Source: Pseudomonadota bacterium
Lineage (GTDB): Bacteria > Pseudomonadota > Alphaproteobacteria > Rhizobiales > Xanthobacteraceae
Direction: 5' to 3'
NCBI GenBank assembly: GCA_023430245.1
Contig: JAEZBA010000159.1
Span: 1 to 33,546, forward strand
Length of the DNA: 33,546 nucleotides
A program made the translations under genes and the position numbers. This document shows, piece after piece, positions 18,462 to 26,675 of the stretch (position 1 is its first letter; every line of letters begins with the position of its first letter). The notes under the pieces were generated by a model. It was not told where the DNA came from and ran no database searches. It saw nothing but the letters and a program-made list of their open reading frames with translations.

Positions 18462-19319
18462 TTATCGACGCGGCGGCACGGCCAGGATATCGACATCGAG
18501 ATTGCGCAGCACCTGTTCGGCAACGCTGCCGATCAGCAATTTGACGATGCCCGAGCGCCCGTGCGTGCCGATCACCACAAGATCGGAACCGGTCTCGTTC
18601 ACCGCCCGCGAAATCACCGCCGGCGCATCGCCCTCCTCGATCCGGTATGACCACTGAGCGTTGCCGAGGCCCTGCTCCTTCAGGAATGCGAAGAGGGCTT
18701 CGCTGGCCACGTGGCGCTCGCTGGCAATGTAATCGTCGATCTGATCGCGTCGGGCATTCGCGACGTAAAGCTTTCCTGCCGCCACAGCGATGAAGGCATG
18801 CACGACCGTCAGACTTCTATCATTTACCAGCCCGAGGCCTATCGCCGTTTTCAGCGCGTGAGCGGACGGCTCGGACATATCGATGCCGGCCATTACGGAA
18901 CGATAAGGCTGCCCGGGATCCGCATTGACCATCAAGACCGGATAGGGCCCGGCGCGAATGACGCGCTCGATCGTGGTGCCGACGAAGATGTCGCGCAGGA
19001 TCTGTTTGCGGTGCGAGCCCATTACGATGAGGTCGGCACTCGCCGTCTCCGCGGCACGAAGGATGCCGTCGAAAGGCTCTCCCATCGTCAGCAACGCCCG
19101 GCAAGGCAGGCCGCGCAGCTCGTCCAGCGTTTCAATCTGCTCGTCCAGGAACTTGCCCGCTTCCCGCTGTTCGGACGCCACCATCGCGGCCGGCTGGTCG
19201 TCGTCGACCACATGGACCAGCGTCAGTTCGGCGCCAATCTGGCGCGCCAGTTGCCCCGCGCGCCGGAACGCACGTTGCGATCGGGTCGAAAAGTCGGTTG
19301 CGGCGACGATGTTTGGCAT
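18462..19319 (-). CDS. Universal stress protein with tandem Usp domains
   Basis: 'IVAATDFS' and 'DLIVMGSH......IFVGTTIERVIR', then a second domain with 'DLVVIGTHGRSG.....IGSVAEQVLR'. SD GAGGAG. Confidence 0.92.
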   Translation of the reverse strand: MPNIVAATDFSTRSQRAFRRAGQLARQIGAELTLVHVVDDDQPAAMVASEQREAGKFLDEQIETLDELRGLPCRALLTMGEPFDGILRAAETASADLIVMGSHRKQILRDIFVGTTIERVIRAGPYPVLMVNADPGQPYRSVMAGIDMSEPSAHALKTAIGLGLVNDRSLTVVHAFIAVAAGKLYVANARRDQIDDYIASERHVASEALFAFLKEQGLGNAQWSYRIEEGDAPAVISRAVNETGSDLVVIGTHGRSGIVKLLIGSVAEQVLRNLDVDILAVPPRR

Positions 19320-19368
19320 ACGCTCCTCTTCAGCAGCTTAGTGTTTGGCGCTCGGAGGAGTTTACTCC

Positions 19369-19382
19369 CTGATCTGGATCAA
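19369..19382 (-). promoter_or_regulatory. FNR/FixK-type binding site upstream of the usp gene
   Basis: Minus strand TTGAT-ccag-ATCAG, a 9/10 match to TTGAT-N4-ATCAA, 50 nt upstream of the usp ATG. Confidence 0.55.
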
Positions 19383-19562
19383 TGGTGCTGCACGTTGCCG
19401 CGGCTGGCGATGGCCGGGAGCAGAAGAGGAAGAGAATGTCCGGGCCGGTTACGCTCGCTATCGGCCCAAATTCCTTCGGAATGGCGCCAACAGCGGCCAC
19501 TCCGGCGTCGCGTTGTCGCGCGTCCGTCCGATTCTAACCGCGAACATCCGTTCGACTGTCCC

Positions 19563-19600
19563 GGAAAGATGCATGTGGACCCCGAGGCGGGCCCACATGC
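19563..19600 (-). terminator. Probable intrinsic terminator after the haloperoxidase-like gene
   Basis: Minus strand gcatgtgggccc-gcctcg-gggtccacatgc (12-bp stem, one G-U pair) followed by atctttcc, 8 nt after the stop. Confidence 0.55.
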
Positions 19601-19608
19601 GTTTGTCC

Positions 19609-20583
19609 TCAAGACTTGATGAACGCGAGCAGATCGGCGTTGATCGTGTCGGCATGAGTGGTCGGCATGCCGTGCGGCAGATCCTTGTAGGTCTTCAGCG
19701 TGCCGTTCTTCAGAAGCTTGGCCGACAGCGGTCCGGCCGCGCCATAGGGCACGATCTGATCGTCCTCGCTGTGCATCACCAGCACCGGGACGGAGATCTT
19801 TTTCAGATCGTCGGTAAAGTCGGTTTGCGAGAAGGCGACGACACCGTCGTAATGCGCCTTCGCACTTCCCATCATGCCCTGACGCCACCAATTCGCGATG
19901 TTGGCTTCCGAGGGCTTGGCGCCAGGCCGGTTGTAGCCGTAGAAGGGTCCTTCCGGCAGAGCCCGATAGAAGGCCGAGCGGTTTGCCGCGAGTTGAGCCT
20001 GCAATCCATCGAACACCTCTTTCGGCAGGCCATTGGGATTTGCCGGTGTTTTCACCATGATCGGCGGCACCGCGTTGATCAGGACAGCCTTCGCGACCCG
20101 GCCCTCACCATGCCGCGCCACATAGCGCGTCACTTCACCACCACCGGTAGAATGACCGATGTGAACTGCATTTCTCAGATCGAGATACGAGGTCAGCGCA
20201 GCGAGATCGGCGGCGTAGTGATCCATGTCGTGGCCATCGCTGACCTGGCTGGACCGGCCATGGCCACGACGATCATGCGCAATGACGCGAAAGCCCTTTC
20301 CGGCAAAGAACAGCATCTGGGTGTCCCAGTCATCGGCCGATAGCGGCCAGCCGTGGCTAAACACGAGCGGCTGTCCTTGGCCCCAGTCCTTGTAGAAAAT
20401 CTCGACGCCGTCCTTGGTTGTGATTGTGCTCATCGTGATCGGTCCTGTGCTGGCTTGAGAGGTGAGAGTGCCCGGATTCGCCTGCGCGAAAGTCGGGAGC
20501 GGCAATCCGGCGGCTGTTGCCACCAGACCGCCCAAGATGACGTCGCGGCGGGAGGCTTCAGTGCGCTGTATGCTGTCGTTCAT
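19609..20583 (-). CDS. Alpha/beta hydrolase, non-heme chloroperoxidase/perhydrolase (Cpo-like), with Tat signal peptide
   Basis: Motifs 'IFYKDWG', '[12 protein letters not shown]', 'HDRRGHGRS', GHSTGG (nucleophile), 'DDQIVP' and 'PHG'. N-terminus has SRRDVILGG, a hydrophobic stretch and TFA-Q. Confidence 0.9.
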   Translation of the reverse strand: MNDSIQRTEASRRDVILGGLVATAAGLPLPTFAQANPGTLTSQASTGPITMSTITTKDGVEIFYKDWGQGQPLVFSHGWPLSADDWDTQMLFFAGKGFRVIAHDRRGHGRSSQVSDGHDMDHYAADLAALTSYLDLRNAVHIGHSTGGGEVTRYVARHGEGRVAKAVLINAVPPIMVKTPANPNGLPKEVFDGLQAQLAANRSAFYRALPEGPFYGYNRPGAKPSEANIANWWRQGMMGSAKAHYDGVVAFSQTDFTDDLKKISVPVLVMHSEDDQIVPYGAAGPLSAKLLKNGTLKTYKDLPHGMPTTHADTINADLLAFIKS

Positions 20584-20625
20584 CGGCTCATCCTGACGAT
20601 ATTGCTTTCGGGGTTTTGCGCCGCA

Positions 20626-21381
20626 TCACATCTGTTTCGCCGAACTGCGCAGCCACTCGTCGAAGTGGATGGTGCCTATGCGCGGATTTTTGCCGGGCGT
20701 GAGGGACTGATCGTTCAGTTCGGTACCGAAATAGCGCGCGTGGACATCCGCAACGATGTGACGTGGATCGCCGATTGCGCGCAGATAGCGTCCGACAAAT
20801 TCGTCGAGCGCGATGCGCTCGGGTCCGGCAATCTCGATCGTGCCGTTTTCGGGTGAACCAAGCGCGACATCGGCCATGGCATCGGCCACGTCATCGGAAG
20901 CAATCGGCTGCAGATGAGCCGGCGACAGGTGAATTGCCTGTCCCTTGGTTCCTGCTTGCGCAATGCCGCCGACGAATTCAAAGAACTGCGTCGAGCGGAC
21001 GATCGTGTACGGAATTTTCGAGTCCCGGATCAGGCTTTCCTGCGCGAGTTTCGCCCGGAGATAGCCGCTGTCGGGAAGGCGATCACTGCCGACGACCGAT
21101 AGCGCTACATGATGCTTGACGCCGGCGACCGCTTCGGCGGCCAGCAGGTTGCGGCCCGATGTCTGGAAGAATTCAAGAACAGCCTTGTCCTCGAACGATG
21201 GCGAGTTCGCCACATCCACGACAACCTGAGCGCCGGAGAGCGCCTCGGCCAAGCCTTCGCGGGTGATGGTGTTGATGCCGGACGCCGGCGAGGCCGCCAC
21301 AACCTCGTGGCCCTTGTCTCGGAGCCTGTTCACAAGCTTGGATCCAATGAGGCCGGAGCCCCCGATCACAACAATCTTCAT
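20626..21381 (-). CDS. Atypical SDR / NmrA-like NAD(P)-binding oxidoreductase
   Basis: Starts MKIVVIGGSGLIG after SD GAGG. Motifs 'HHVALSVVG', 'GYLRAKLAQE' (YxxxK-like) and 'RSTQFFEF'. Confidence 0.88.
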   Translation of the reverse strand: MKIVVIGGSGLIGSKLVNRLRDKGHEVVAASPASGINTITREGLAEALSGAQVVVDVANSPSFEDKAVLEFFQTSGRNLLAAEAVAGVKHHVALSVVGSDRLPDSGYLRAKLAQESLIRDSKIPYTIVRSTQFFEFVGGIAQAGTKGQAIHLSPAHLQPIASDDVADAMADVALGSPENGTIEIAGPERIALDEFVGRYLRAIGDPRHIVADVHARYFGTELNDQSLTPGKNPRIGTIHFDEWLRSSAKQM

Positions 21382-21538
21382 CGATTTTTCCTCGTTCGGT
21401 GTCGTCGACGCCATCGCGTCGACGTGCGAGCACGCACGCTCGCAGGCGTCGCGCCCCTCCTGCTGGCGCCTTCAGAATTGAAGGCGCCAGTTGTTCAAAC
21501 ACAGCGGTGGTATGGTTCGGCCTTAAGCGAGCACGCGA

Positions 21539-22456
21539 TCAGTAGTCCCAGAAGACCGGCACCCAACGAAAAGCGTCGCCGTCGACCGCCACATGGCCGA
21601 CGGATGGGAATGGCAGGTGGGTGGCCACCAGCATCTCGCCGGTCTCAGCCAGCTCCCGTAATAGACGGGTCCGCACGCGCACCGCTTCCTCTGGGTCGTG
21701 TTCAAAACCGTTGAACCAGTCCGGGTGCTCGAACCCGACTGCGAACACGGCATCGCCGGCGAACATGAGGCGGTCGCCGCCGGAGGACACCCGCACGACG
21801 CTGTGCCCGGGCGTATGGCCTCCGGTTCTCTGCACCACAACGCCCGGCGCAACCTCGTAGTTTTCCTCGAATGTCCGCAGTTGGCTCCGATACTCCTTCA
21901 CGAACCGCTTGGCGGTGGCGCGAAGTGCGTCGGGGAACCCGGCCGGCATATTGACCCGGCTGAAGTCCGGCGCCTCCCAGAACCTGACCTCGGCGGCAGC
22001 CACGTGAATCCGCAGGTCCGGACGCAACCGCTCCTTCACACCGTCGACCACCAGCCCGCCAATGTGGTCCATGTGCATGTGGGTTAGCACGATGTCGGTC
22101 ACCGCGGACATATCGATGCCGGCGGACTCCAGACGTCTGATCAGTTGCCCGGCTCGTGGCAGGTTGAGGTTGGGATCCAACCCCAGGCCAGCGTCGATAA
22201 GGATGGTCCGACCTCCGCTGCGAACCATGACCGCATTCAGCGCCCAATCGAACGCCTCCGGCGGTAGGAACATGTCCTTCAGCCAGGCCGCGCGGACATT
22301 TGGATCGATATTGTGTCCCAGCATCTTGGTGGGCAGCGGAAGCACGCCGTCGCTGACCACCAGCACTTCGATATCGCCGACCTTCACCGCGTAGCGCGAT
22401 GGAACCAACTCTTCGGCCAGCGACCTTACGGGAAGCGGGGTAATGTTCAGGTTCAT
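21539..22456 (-). CDS. MBL-fold metallo-hydrolase (methyl-parathion-hydrolase-like subgroup)
   Basis: THMHMDH, GHTPGH, GDA and 'ATHLPFPSVG'. SD AGGAG before ATG 22456. Confidence 0.88.
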   Translation of the reverse strand: MNLNITPLPVRSLAEELVPSRYAVKVGDIEVLVVSDGVLPLPTKMLGHNIDPNVRAAWLKDMFLPPEAFDWALNAVMVRSGGRTILIDAGLGLDPNLNLPRAGQLIRRLESAGIDMSAVTDIVLTHMHMDHIGGLVVDGVKERLRPDLRIHVAAAEVRFWEAPDFSRVNMPAGFPDALRATAKRFVKEYRSQLRTFEENYEVAPGVVVQRTGGHTPGHSVVRVSSGGDRLMFAGDAVFAVGFEHPDWFNGFEHDPEEAVRVRTRLLRELAETGEMLVATHLPFPSVGHVAVDGDAFRWVPVFWDY

Positions 22457-22540
22457 GTCTGTCTCCTGCTGACCGGCTTCGTTACCCGGCCCGTGTTCGG
22501 CTGCGATGGCCTGGTTGTGCCTTTCACCGGGCTGAAAGAC

Positions 22541-22591
22541 TTTGCGGCGATCTTGTCGCTGGCTTGGATTTCCCTTGGTAATTCGTCCAAG
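22541..22591. promoter_or_regulatory. 11-bp-phased (C/T)TTG direct-repeat array, candidate operator for the adjacent wHTH regulator
   Basis: Units tttgcggcgat|cttgtcgctgg|cttggatttcc|cttggtaattc, then an inverted ccaag at 22587-22591. Confidence 0.4.
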
Positions 22592-22701
22592 CGGGCAAAT
22601 CTTTCGGCGTCCTCGGCGATCGCACATCGATGATCTCCGTCAATCGACCTGTGCTACCAATGGCTTACCCAAGCGACCGGACAGAAGGATTCAGGAGCGT
22701 C

Positions 22702-24279
22702 GTGCGATACTTGTTCGAAGATTTTGCGCTCGACCCTGATCGGCGGGAACTCACCCGCAACGCCGAAGCCATTGCCATCGGCCCGCAGGTCTTCGACCTG
22801 CTTCTGTTCCTGGTGCAGAACCGCGAGCGCGTCGTCAGCAAGGATGAGGTGCTGGACGCGGTTTGGAGCGGTCGTATCGTGTCGGAATCGACACTGACCA
22901 GCCACATCAATGCAGTGCGCAAAGCCGTCGGCGACAACGGCGATGCGCAGCGCCTGATCCGGACGATCGCGCGGAAGGGCTTCCGGTTCGTCGCCGACGT
23001 CAGCGAAACGCTGGCCGAGTCGACGAAGACCTCGGCCGCTGAACCCGCCCCTTTGACTCAGGGATCGGCGCCGCCCCAACTGCCGGACAAACCATCGATC
23101 GCCGTTCTGCCATTCCAGAATCTGAGTGGCGATCTGGAGCAGGATTATTTCGCCGACGGCGTGATCGAGGACATTATCACGTCATTGTCGCGGATGCGCT
23201 GGCTGTTCGTCATCGCGCGCAATTCGAGCTTCATCTACAAGGGCCGAGCGGTAGACGTGAAACAGGTCGGCCGCGACCTGGGTGTTCGCTATGTGCTGGA
23301 AGGCAGCGTACGCAAAGCCGCCAACCGCGTTCGTATCACCGGGCAATTGATCGATGCTACCACCGGCACGCATCTTTGGGCGGATCGCTTCGAAAGCGCG
23401 CTCGTCGACATCTTCGAACTGCAGGATCGTATGGCCGAAAGCGTAGTGGGGGCGATCGCACCACAACTCGAGCGCGCCGAGGCTGAGCGCGCGAAACAAA
23501 AGCCGACCGAGAGCCTGGACGCTTACGATTATTATCTGCGCGGCATGACGAACTTTCACCGAGGCACCCGGGAGGCCATCGGCGATGCGCTGCCCCTTTT
23601 CATCAAGGCAACGCAGCTCGATCCGGGTTTTGCATCAGCTTATGCGATGGCGGCGTGGTGCCATTTCTGGCGCAAGATCAACGGCTGGATGGACGATCGA
23701 GCGACCGAGATCGCCGAGGGTACGCGACTGGCACGTTGCGCCGTCGAATTGGGCAAGGACGATGCGGTCGCACTCGCAAGAAGCGGCCATGCGCTTGCAC
23801 ATCTGGCCGGCGAGCTTGACGGCGGCATCGCGCTTATCGATCGCGCCTTGACGCTCAACCCGAACTTTGCGGCCGCCTGGTTCCTCAGCGGCTTCGCAAG
23901 GATATGGAGCGGCGAAACCGACAACGCACTCGAACGCTTTGCGCGCGCCATGCGTTTGAGCCCGCTCGATCCGGAGGCGTTCCGGATGCAGGCTGGAGTA
24001 GCGATGGCGCATCTGTTGGCCGGGCGCTTCGACGACGCGTGTTCATGGGCGGAAAAGTCTTTCAGGGAGTTGCCAAGCTTCCTGATCGTGGTGGCCATCA
24101 TGGCGGCAAGCCACGCGCTCGCCGGCCGCAAGGCCGATGCCGGGCGAGCGATGGACCGGTTGCGCCAACTCGACCCCGCGCTGCGCCTCTCCAATATTCA
24201 AGACTGGCTACCCTTCCAGCGACAGGATGACCTCGCCACATTCACCGATGGGTTGCGCAAAGCGGGGTTGCCGGAATAG
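22702..24279 (+). CDS. Transcriptional regulator: OmpR/CadC-type wHTH, TolB-like domain and TPR repeats
   Basis: GTG 22702 after SD AGGAG. wHTH motifs 'RVVSKDE.LDAVW.GRIVSESTL...I..VRKA.GD' and 'IRTIARKGFRF'. Then 'KPSIAVLPF.NLSGD.EQDYFADG' and 'LGVRYVLEGSVRK', followed by helical TPRs. Confidence 0.9.
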   Translation: MRYLFEDFALDPDRRELTRNAEAIAIGPQVFDLLLFLVQNRERVVSKDEVLDAVWSGRIVSESTLTSHINAVRKAVGDNGDAQRLIRTIARKGFRFVADVSETLAESTKTSAAEPAPLTQGSAPPQLPDKPSIAVLPFQNLSGDLEQDYFADGVIEDIITSLSRMRWLFVIARNSSFIYKGRAVDVKQVGRDLGVRYVLEGSVRKAANRVRITGQLIDATTGTHLWADRFESALVDIFELQDRMAESVVGAIAPQLERAEAERAKQKPTESLDAYDYYLRGMTNFHRGTREAIGDALPLFIKATQLDPGFASAYAMAAWCHFWRKINGWMDDRATEIAEGTRLARCAVELGKDDAVALARSGHALAHLAGELDGGIALIDRALTLNPNFAAAWFLSGFARIWSGETDNALERFARAMRLSPLDPEAFRMQAGVAMAHLLAGRFDDACSWAEKSFRELPSFLIVVAIMAASHALAGRKADAGRAMDRLRQLDPALRLSNIQDWLPFQRQDDLATFTDGLRKAGLPE

Positions 24280-24335
24280 CCCGCGTGTTGCTTGGAGGCA
24301 CGGCTTCGGCGTTAATGGCTCAAAACCATGCCGCA

Positions 24336-24364
24336 TTGACCGCCACGCCCCAAAGCGGTAGCCA
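24336..24364 (+). promoter_or_regulatory. Probable sigma70 promoter for the second Bug gene
   Basis: TTGACC-N17-TAGCCA, ending 31 nt before ATG 24396. Confidence 0.5.
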
Positions 24365-24395
24365 AAAACCAAACCATAAGGAGAGGAACCAGCCC

Positions 24396-25358
24396 ATGCT
24401 CCGTCTGCTTGCCGCAACCGGCTTTGTCTTTACATCCCTCGCCGCCGGCCATGTCCAGGCCCAGACCCCGGTCAAGGACTGGCCGCAGCGCAATGTCACC
24501 ATGATCCTGCCGCTCGGCCCCGGCAGCGGCGTCGATATCACCACCCGCCTGCTTGCCGACAAGCTCGCCGCGAAATGGGGCAAGCCGGTCGTGGTCGAAA
24601 ACCGGCCCGGCGGCGATGCGATCGTGGCGATCAACGCCTTCGTGTCCGCCAACGACGACCACACCTTCCTGATGGCGCCGACCTCGACCTTTACGGCGCA
24701 TCCATTGCTGCATAAGAACCTGCCCTACAATGCGGACGATCTGGTGCCGATCGCGCGTGCCACCAATACGCTGATTGCCATCGGCGTGCCGGCCTCGCTC
24801 GGCATCAACACGCTGGCCGACTTCGTGAAACTCGCCAAGGAAAAGCCCGGCACGCTCAACTATGCCGGCACGACCGGCGCGGTCGATTTCGTGGTGTCGG
24901 GATGGCTGAAGGACGCCGGGATCAATGTCACCAAAATCCCGTACAAGGACGGCGTGCAGGCGCTGAACGATCTTGCCGAGAACCGCATCCAGATTTACGG
25001 CGCGGCCTACGCGATTATGCGGCCGCAGGTCGCGGCCGGCAAAGTGAAGGTGCTTGCGCTCATGAACTCGCAGCGTGCGCCCGCGCTGGCCGACGTGCCG
25101 ACGGCGAAGGAAGCGGGCTCCCCGCTGCTCACGCTCGATGGGCTGGTGGGACTGTTCGGCTCGAAGAAGATGTCGCCAGAACTGCGCGACAGGATCGCCG
25201 CGGACATTATTGAGGCATTGTCCGATCCAGAGGTGGTCAAGAAGCTGACCCCGATGGGCCAGGTGGTGCGTCCGGGTCCGGCCAAGGAGTTCGCCGCCGA
25301 GATTGACGATCAGCGCAAGGTGATCGCGAATTCGGCCAATCTGGCAGGCGAAAAATAA
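24396..25358 (+). CDS. Bug/TctC family solute-binding protein
   Basis: SD AGGAGAGG and a signal peptide. Motifs 'WP.RNV..ILPLGPGSGVD', 'VVVENRPGGD', 'PYKD' and 'DVPTAKEAG'. Confidence 0.9.
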   Translation: MLRLLAATGFVFTSLAAGHVQAQTPVKDWPQRNVTMILPLGPGSGVDITTRLLADKLAAKWGKPVVVENRPGGDAIVAINAFVSANDDHTFLMAPTSTFTAHPLLHKNLPYNADDLVPIARATNTLIAIGVPASLGINTLADFVKLAKEKPGTLNYAGTTGAVDFVVSGWLKDAGINVTKIPYKDGVQALNDLAENRIQIYGAAYAIMRPQVAAGKVKVLALMNSQRAPALADVPTAKEAGSPLLTLDGLVGLFGSKKMSPELRDRIAADIIEALSDPEVVKKLTPMGQVVRPGPAKEFAAEIDDQRKVIANSANLAGEK

Positions 25359-25484
25359 CGGCCGGACGACGTCCCGCGAGAAGATCGCAGACCAACGCAG
25401 ATGCTCGGCGCGACCAGCACCGGGCATCGGCTATATAAGGCCTCTTATGGCCGCTCCAGACCGGGGCTGTATCTCGGGAATTAA

Positions 25485-25561
25485 TGGTCGGAGTGGCAGG
25501 ATTCGAACCTGCGACCCCCTCGTCCCGAACGAGGTGCGCTACCAGGCTGCGCTACACTCCG
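25485..25561 (-). tRNA. tRNA-Pro (anticodon CGG), 77 nt with encoded CCA
   Basis: Minus strand CGGAGTGTAGCGCAGCCTGGTAGCGCACCTCG-TTCGGGA-CGAGGGGGTCGCAGGTTCGAATCCTGCCACTCCGACCA folds into a full cloverleaf with a TTCGAAT T-loop. Confidence 0.97.
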
Positions 25562-25575
25562 ACGTGAAGGCCGGT

Positions 25576-25604
25576 CTTATAACGACGCCCTGCCCGCCCC
25601 GCAA
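25576..25604 (-). promoter_or_regulatory. sigma70 promoter of tRNA-Pro
   Basis: Minus strand (C)TTGCGG-N17-TATAAG, 14 nt upstream of the mature tRNA 5' end. Confidence 0.65.
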
Positions 25605-25686
25605 GGCAAGGCGGCAGGCTATTTTTCGTAAATGTTTGCGCCGCCGGGACGCGCAAAACCGGTAAAAAGCGGCTAAGAACCCCCGC

Positions 25687-26673
25687 ATGCATGTCCGCTC
25701 GAAAACACGTCTGATCGAGGCCGTGCCCGGCGCCTCCGACCAAGCGGCGGAGTGCCTGTCGCGCGGCGGACTGGTGGCGTTTCCGACCGAGACGGTCTAC
25801 GGCCTGGGCGCCGACGCGACCAACGGACAGGCGGTCGCGCGCCTCTACGAGGCGAAGGGCCGGCCGTCTTTCAATCCGCTGATCGCGCATGTGCCGGACC
25901 TCCAATCCGCGCGCAAACTCGCGGTTTTCAACGCCGATGCGGAGCGTCTGGCGGCCGCATTCTGGCCGGGACCGCTGACGCTGGTGCTCCCGCGCCAGCC
26001 CGGTTGCCCGGTCTCCGAATTGGCCACCGCGGGTCTCGACACGATTGCGATTCGGGTGCCAAATCATGCACTTGCGCGCGAAATCCTGCGCGCCTTCGGC
26101 AAGCCGGTGGTGGCGCCGTCGGCCAACGTGTCCGGGCATGTCTCGCCCACCAATGCGGCGCATGTGCTTGAAGATCTTGACGAAAAGATCGACCTGATCG
26201 TGGACGGTGGTCCCGCGCCCGTGGGCATCGAATCCACCATCGTGGCGTGCCTGGACGAGCCCATGATCCTGCGTCCGGGAGGGCTGTCGCGCGAGCACAT
26301 CGCCGCCGCGCTCGGCCGAGACCTCGCCCAACCCGTTGAATCCACGGACGAAACCCCGCTCGCCCCCGGCATGCTGGAGAGCCATTATGCGCCCCGGACG
26401 CGGCTTCGGCTCGACGCCACGCAGGTCGAGCCGGGCGAAGTGCTACTCGCCTTTGGCGTGCCGCTGCCCGGCGCCGCGGCGACCCTCAATCTCTCCGAAA
26501 AAGGCGACCTGGCGGAAGCCGCCGCCAATTTGTTTGGCCATCTCCGCAGTTTGGATGCGATGTTCGCGCCGACCATCTGCGTTATGCGGATTCCTTCTGC
26601 CGGTCTGGGCGAAGCGATCAACGACCGGCTGCGCCGCGCCGCCGCCCCGAAAACCCTCCCGCAATACTCATAG
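25687..26673 (+). CDS. sua5: L-threonylcarbamoyladenylate synthase (Sua5-type TsaC with C-terminal SUA5 domain)
   Basis: Motifs 'VAFPTETVYGLGADA', 'KGRPSFNPLI.H', 'WPGPLT', 'APSAN.SG', 'GIESTI', 'PGML.SHYAP' and 'AINDRL.RAA'. Confidence 0.95.
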   Translation: MHVRSKTRLIEAVPGASDQAAECLSRGGLVAFPTETVYGLGADATNGQAVARLYEAKGRPSFNPLIAHVPDLQSARKLAVFNADAERLAAAFWPGPLTLVLPRQPGCPVSELATAGLDTIAIRVPNHALAREILRAFGKPVVAPSANVSGHVSPTNAAHVLEDLDEKIDLIVDGGPAPVGIESTIVACLDEPMILRPGGLSREHIAAALGRDLAQPVESTDETPLAPGMLESHYAPRTRLRLDATQVEPGEVLLAFGVPLPGAAATLNLSEKGDLAEAAANLFGHLRSLDAMFAPTICVMRIPSAGLGEAINDRLRRAAAPKTLPQYS

Positions 26674-26675
26674 AA

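Noticed and set aside
19345..20343. 332-aa ORF antisense to the haloperoxidase-like gene
   Set aside because: Shadow ORF of a well-conserved gene, with no SD or domain motifs.
17807..25561. tRNA-Pro as integration site for an island covering the accessory-looking genes on its 3' side
   Set aside because: I saw no integrase and no duplicate of the tRNA 3' end in the intergenic regions I read. A BLASTN of the last 20 nt of the tRNA against the wider contig would settle it.
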